NCBI GenBank assembly: GCA_963674965.2
Contig: CAXXFL010000001.1
Coordinates: forward strand, 1,344,001-1,408,000
DNA from: a bacterium
GTDB taxonomy: Bacteria; RBG-13-61-14; DATKZS01
Reading direction: 5' to 3'
DNA: 64,000 nucleotides
The stretch's first letter is position 1; the number at the start of each line of letters is the position of its first letter. A model generated the notes under the pieces. That model was not told where the DNA came from and searched no databases. It saw nothing but the letters and a program-made list of their open reading frames with translations. Positions 59,421-64,000 of this stretch are shown one piece after another. A program made the translations under genes and the position numbers.

Positions 59421-60311
59421 ATGTCCTCCCGGGTTACGACAAGGGCCGCCTATAACCTGGCCATGCGCGAGATGACGATTGCCAGGGGCCAGTGGTACGA
59501 CACCCAGGAAAAGCTGATTACCGGAAGAAAAATCAACCGGCCCAGCGACGACCCCGCGGGCAACGCCCAGGCGGTCAGACTGCGTTCGTCCATCGACAAG
59601 AACGAGACTTATCAGAACAACGCCTCACGGGGCAAGAACTGGCTGCTTCAGGCAGACACGGCGCTTCAAAGCATGTCCAGCATCGTGGCCAGGGGAAGGG
59701 AAATTGCCGTCCAGATGGCCAACGGCACCAGGAACGCCGAGGAAAGACAGTACGTGGCCAACGAGGTTGACGGGCTTCTCGAGTTCGCGGTCCAGCTTGC
59801 CAACTCCAAGGTTGACGACGAGTATATCTTTGGAGGAAACCAGACCATCATAGCGCCATTCGACGCGGCCGGAAATTACACGGGCGATAACGCGATACGT
59901 CTGGTCGAGACGGGGGACGGGGTCCAGACGCCCATCGCCATCCGGGGCGGAGACGCCTTTGCCGGGACCAGCGGCGGCGAGAACGTTTTCCAGATACTGA
60001 CCGATTTGGCGACGGCGCTTCGCGCCAACGACGAGACGGGCATAAGGGACGCCGCGGGCGACCTGGGAGACATGCACGATCAACTCGGCCTTTACATCGT
60101 GGACACGGGCGCCAAGTTGTCGAGGGTCGAGAAAGCGGCCACCCATCTCGAGGAACTCTACGAGCGCTTTATGACCAACCTCTCCGACGTGGAGGACGCC
60201 GACATGTTCGAGACGGCCAGTAACCTGACCCTCCAGGAAGCCATGATCGAGAAGCTGGCCTCGGCCACCGCCAGAATACTCACGCCTTCGGTAATGGATT
60301 ACATGAGATAA
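59421..60311 (+). CDS. flgL: Hook-associated protein FlgL
   Basis: TGRKINRPSDDP, YIFGG, SDVEDAD, SVMDYMR motifs. Confidence 0.95.
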   Translation: MSSRVTTRAAYNLAMREMTIARGQWYDTQEKLITGRKINRPSDDPAGNAQAVRLRSSIDKNETYQNNASRGKNWLLQADTALQSMSSIVARGREIAVQMANGTRNAEERQYVANEVDGLLEFAVQLANSKVDDEYIFGGNQTIIAPFDAAGNYTGDNAIRLVETGDGVQTPIAIRGGDAFAGTSGGENVFQILTDLATALRANDETGIRDAAGDLGDMHDQLGLYIVDTGAKLSRVEKAATHLEELYERFMTNLSDVEDADMFETASNLTLQEAMIEKLASATARILTPSVMDYMR

Positions 60312-60380
60312 GACTCGTCGAAAAACCTCTCTTTTTCGTTTCATCCTTATAAAATCAAAGCGTTTACGCTAAAGATTTTT

Positions 60381-61529
60381 CTATCGATAAAGGCCCCTGA
60401 CCGGAAACGTGGTGACCCATAGATCGGAAAGCCGCTCGGAGCCAAGGCCCTTTCCAGCGGTGTGAGCCAAAAGTACGCGCTCTTCGCCGCCAATAGTAAC
60501 GAAAGCCATGGCCGCATAGCAGTACCACAAGTCCATATCGTCATAGATGATCCTGGAAGGCCCCCAGGTTTTTCCATCGTCTCTCGAAACCGCCGCGGTA
60601 AAGGGAGAACGTCTCAGCCTTTTCCATCCTCTCCACCGCGAGTCGTTGTCGTTCCAGACAAGGAGAAGGTCTCCCGTCGAGGGTATCCTTTTAATGGAGG
60701 CGGGGGAGAGTGGGGAAGCGATATTCGATGGGACCGGCGTGGACCAGGTGAGGCCATGGTCCTCCGAGTACGACAGGTATTGCGCTCTTCGCTTGGTCCG
60801 CATGAGCATCATCACCCGGCCGTCCTCGAGCTCGATCACGCCGGGCTCGGCCAGTTGGCGAAGTGGGCCATGCAGCCTTAAAGAGCCAGCGCTTCTTTGG
60901 AAAGTCCGTCCGTCGTCGTCCGAAAAGCAGCATAGGCTTTGGCCCCGGCCCGTGAGAGGAAGAAGTATACGTCCCGTTGACAACTGAACGGCCCGGTCGT
61001 TATTGGCGCCCAGGTATGGCTCGTCGCTCGCGACCGTAATGGGCCTGGTCCAGCTTTGGCCCTCGTCCTTGGAAAACCTCGCCACCGGATAGACCCGGGG
61101 TCCGCTCTTCAGCCCTCCTTGCCTGCGGAGGTCGTGGAGGTAGAACAAGGCTATCTCGCCGTTTTGGAGCCTTAAAAAAGATACGCACTTCGAGCTTACG
61201 TCCTCATCGGCAAGAAGATACTTTTCCTTAGACCAGCAAAGTCCGCCGTCTCGCGAGGAGCGGAAGGCCAGACGGGAAAAACCCCAGTCGTCGCTGGTAT
61301 CCGTAAAGTGTCCGTAGGCCAGTATAATCGTTCCATCGGCGAGCCGAATAAAGTCTCCTTCTCCGTTCCTGGGGTTATGGGGAGAAGCTCCAATATTAAG
61401 GGTACTTTGAACGCCAGACAGACGGTCGCCGCTAAGTATGGCTTGCCTCGCTCCATAAGACGCGTCAGGTAATATCATGGAGGAGGCGATAGTCGCCGAA
61501 AGCCTTAAATATTCTCTTCTGTTGAACAT
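60381..61529 (-). CDS. Tat-exported BNR/Asp-box sialidase-family protein
   Basis: FNRREYL twin-arginine signal; five Asp boxes (SRDGGLCW, SKDEGQSW, SDDDGRTF, SEDHGLTW, SRDDGKTW); EP motif. Confidence 0.85.
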   Translation of the reverse strand: MFNRREYLRLSATIASSMILPDASYGARQAILSGDRLSGVQSTLNIGASPHNPRNGEGDFIRLADGTIILAYGHFTDTSDDWGFSRLAFRSSRDGGLCWSKEKYLLADEDVSSKCVSFLRLQNGEIALFYLHDLRRQGGLKSGPRVYPVARFSKDEGQSWTRPITVASDEPYLGANNDRAVQLSTGRILLPLTGRGQSLCCFSDDDGRTFQRSAGSLRLHGPLRQLAEPGVIELEDGRVMMLMRTKRRAQYLSYSEDHGLTWSTPVPSNIASPLSPASIKRIPSTGDLLLVWNDNDSRWRGWKRLRRSPFTAAVSRDDGKTWGPSRIIYDDMDLWYCYAAMAFVTIGGEERVLLAHTAGKGLGSERLSDLWVTTFPVRGLYR

Positions 61530-61641
61530 GACCGAGAAAAGTCGATCTTCCAGTTCGTTTTTTAAAACAACGCAAGTAACGTTGATTTATAATCGACATT
61601 TCCAAAGAGATCAACGCGCCGCGGCCAAAACATTTCCGCCG

Positions 61642-62430
61642 CTACTCGCATTTCGGCCAGGAATCTTTCGAGTCCTGGAGAAGTTTTTCCATGATTCGCA
61701 AAATAACGTCCAAGTCGGTCCCCAGTTCCTTTGCCTCCTCGTATTTTTCAAGCTCTTCATCATAGTCGGCCAGCTTTTTTTCGAGGTCGGATATCTTGGC
61801 GCTTAGGCGATCAAAATCCTTGGAGTAAGGATAGAGCCAGGGCCGCTCGACCGAAGGCCTCGGGTTGTCCGACTTCCGTCGCTTCTCGCCTTTAGGTATA
61901 AAATATATCTTGCCCGTTAACGTAAGAAGGTCATTATTCGTGCCCGAGAATTCCTCCTTTGTCCAGACGGCCAGCCTCTCGATCGAGCAGTTTTTAAGGC
62001 GGTTGAACTCCTTTAAATTGGCCTCGGTACCGTTCAAGGCCATGGAAATATTTACCTCGTGAAGATCGAAGTCTTTCTCAGCCGGCCAGTCCAAGACCTC
62101 TACTTTATCGCCAACCAGCTCCAACTCGAGCTTTCCCGCCAGCGCCTTGATCTGGCCGGAAAACTCCTCGATTGCCTTTTTCTCGGGAATTCTTCTTCTC
62201 GCTTTTTCCATCATCTCCCGTTTTTCCTCCAGCAAGGCCAGGAGTTTTTCTCTTTGGTTTCGGATTTCTTGAAATTTGTAGGCATCTCTCTCGAGAAATG
62301 CCACGTGACGCTCGAGCTTCATAAGGTTATAGGAGGACTTGCCACTCTGCTGGATTATCAGAATAATTCCGCATACTGTCAGCGCCGCGATCATTATTAT
62401 AGGAAGCCGATATTTTTTAGGCGCGCTCAT
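61642..62430 (-). CDS. PilO-like membrane-anchored protein
   Basis: N-terminal TM and coiled coil, then IPEKKAIEEF...EVNISMALNGT...F..L..IERL resembling PilO. Start reassigned to ATG 62430 (GAGGAGG RBS). Confidence 0.55.
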   Translation of the reverse strand: MSAPKKYRLPIIMIAALTVCGIILIIQQSGKSSYNLMKLERHVAFLERDAYKFQEIRNQREKLLALLEEKREMMEKARRRIPEKKAIEEFSGQIKALAGKLELELVGDKVEVLDWPAEKDFDLHEVNISMALNGTEANLKEFNRLKNCSIERLAVWTKEEFSGTNNDLLTLTGKIYFIPKGEKRRKSDNPRPSVERPWLYPYSKDFDRLSAKISDLEKKLADYDEELEKYEEAKELGTDLDVILRIMEKLLQDSKDSWPKCE

Positions 62431-62573
62431 GATATTTTCCTCCTCTCGCGGGCTGATACGTTTTCTCAAGGACGGACCATCATTAAGAACGCATATTAAC
62501 ACATGGAGACGGCGCATACCAAAGTGGTTTTCGATCTTCGTTAGATAGTCTCGCTTTCAGCGCGGATCATTCC

Positions 62574-62602
62574 TTGACATAATAATCCTCGTTGCATAGA
62601 AT
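62574..62602 (+). promoter_or_regulatory. sigma70-type promoter
   Basis: TTGACA-17 nt-TAGAAT upstream of the ORF at 62659. Confidence 0.7.
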
Positions 62603-62658
62603 ATTCTGGATAGCGTCAAAATTTAATCGACTTGCGCCGAGTCTGAGGAGACCTCATC

Positions 62659-64000
62659 ATGCACGGGAAAAGGACCTCTTATTTGAAATGGGGCGGGGCC
62701 TTCGTGGCCCTTCTAATCCTTCTTTACCTTCTCATCTTCGAGCTTCCTTCCCGCCGAGGAGGCTGGCTGAGCGAGGATGAATGTCGCCGCGGCAAGGCGA
62801 TCCCCAATAACGCGTTGTTATACGGCACGGTTTTCAACAAGTCGGGCATGGCTGACCCGTTCTGTTTTATGACTATGGAACTCTTCGCTGATACCTGCGC
62901 GGACCCCATTGTCCGGACTACCGCTTTCTCCGATTCCTGCGGCAATTACTATTTCGAGGTCCCGGAAAAGGACCTAATTTACATCGGGGATAAATTGAAA
63001 AATCTAAGAGCCGTTATCGAGCTTCATCATAAATTGACCTTTGAAATAAGCCAGGTTATCAACGTTGGTCTCAAACAGGAAAGAACGAAATATGACCTGA
63101 TTTATGGGGAGACGGTCGAGTCCTCCCATATTCTTTTCGGCTTCCTGCTGCTTCCGGCTTGTATCGGGCTTTTTTGGGGCCTTATAAATCTCATCTGCGC
63201 CTGGCATTCCATTAACGGTCAAAGTCAGGACGGAGTATCCTCCTATTCGACCTGCAGCGCCATTTATTTGCTTCTAAGCGCCCTGTCATGGATCGTCACC
63301 ATAAGCGTGTTTCTCAAGTTCTATCTTAACTATGGAATCAAGATCATTTCCTTTCCCATGCTTGAGGTCCCGGTCCAGATAAATCGCATGGAGGGACTCG
63401 ACCTTCCAATTTACATCCCCATCGCGTCCTTTTTAGGGATCGTGACCTATAGCCTATTCAGCCTGGCCGTTGATCGGAAAGTGCTTTTCACGGAAAGCAC
63501 CGGAAAGGAGCAGATAAACGACGCCATCAGCGCCCTGGCTGGACGTATAGTTATCGCGCCATATATTGCCACTATCGTCTATTTTTTATTTTTCAAAAAG
63601 GGAGAATTCGAGGCCCTCTCCATCTTCATCGCCTTTTTTACGGGTCTTTGGATCAAGGTTGTCCTCGATATGTTCAATAACCTGGGTCTTAAGGTTCTCT
63701 CTCAAAAGGCGGGGCAGATATCCGAAATGTCAAAGGAGGAAATCGAAAAAAAGTTCCGCGAAGAACTACTGTCAGCTAAAAAGGAAGACTATAAGAAACT
63801 CCAAAAGATCGAGGAATTCATCGAGAAAAACGAGGAAGAGCTGACCAGCTACACCAACGTCAAGCGGGTCGAGCCCGGCTATAAGGAAACCATGGGCATG
63901 AACACGGGCATTCCCAGCCTCGTTTTCTACGTCTCGAAAAAGGCCATTACCGATGCTCAGCGAGACGGGATCCAAAAGGAAATCCCCGACCAGATTAAGT
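62659..64000 (+). CDS. Multi-pass membrane protein, partial (runs off the window edge)
   Basis: Manually translated stop-free frame from ATG 62659 (GAGGAG RBS) to the edge: MHGKRTSYLKWGGAFVALLILLYLLIFE..., several TMs, then a soluble region. Absent from the ORF track because there is no stop. Confidence 0.85.
   Translation, partial: MHGKRTSYLKWGGAFVALLILLYLLIFELPSRRGGWLSEDECRRGKAIPNNALLYGTVFNKSGMADPFCFMTMELFADTCADPIVRTTAFSDSCGNYYFEVPEKDLIYIGDKLKNLRAVIELHHKLTFEISQVINVGLKQERTKYDLIYGETVESSHILFGFLLLPACIGLFWGLINLICAWHSINGQSQDGVSSYSTCSAIYLLLSALSWIVTISVFLKFYLNYGIKIISFPMLEVPVQINRMEGLDLPIYIPIASFLGIVTYSLFSLAVDRKVLFTESTGKEQINDAISALAGRIVIAPYIATIVYFLFFKKGEFEALSIFIAFFTGLWIKVVLDMFNNLGLKVLSQKAGQISEMSKEEIEKKFREELLSAKKEDYKKLQKIEEFIEKNEEELTSYTNVKRVEPGYKETMGMNTGIPSLVFYVSKKAITDAQRDGIQKEIPDQIK

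Noticed and set aside
60319-60338. Terminator after flgL (cgaaaaa-cctctc-tttttcg)
   Set aside because: The A/T-rich stem is too weak to call with confidence.

Overview
GC-rich bacterial chromosomal window; gene content and order suggest a deltaproteobacterial (Desulfobacterota/Myxococcota-like) organism, which is an inference. Left to right it holds: a partial PilZ gene; a coiled-coil protein; rpoH; a ~6.4 kb integrated satellite-like element (tyrosine integrase, AlpA/Xis-like HTH, primase-helicase with a nonsense stop, HTH rep protein, HTH regulators) bounded by a perfect 34-bp repeat of the 3' end of tRNA-Ala(GGC); a housekeeping block (PilZ-like, DUF4388/DnaJ/TPR, comEA-like, cimA, lysC, tsaE, nnr, acpS, pdxJ, glmM, folP); two multidomain glycosyltransferases, one fused to a B12 radical-SAM and a methyltransferase domain; acyl-CoA dehydrogenase, XRE-cupin regulator, PilZ; polA-ROK-nagA; a secreted papain-like protease; a ~21 kb flagellar cluster (motA to flgL) with sigma54 and sigma28 promoters; a Tat sialidase-family protein; an orphan PilO-like gene; and a partial membrane protein. 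The most striking signals are at the att site. It lies inside the integrase reading frame, so excision would add 130 in-frame residues to Int. A remnant of a related integrase also mirrors the intact gene gaplessly about the tRNA T-loop heptamer.
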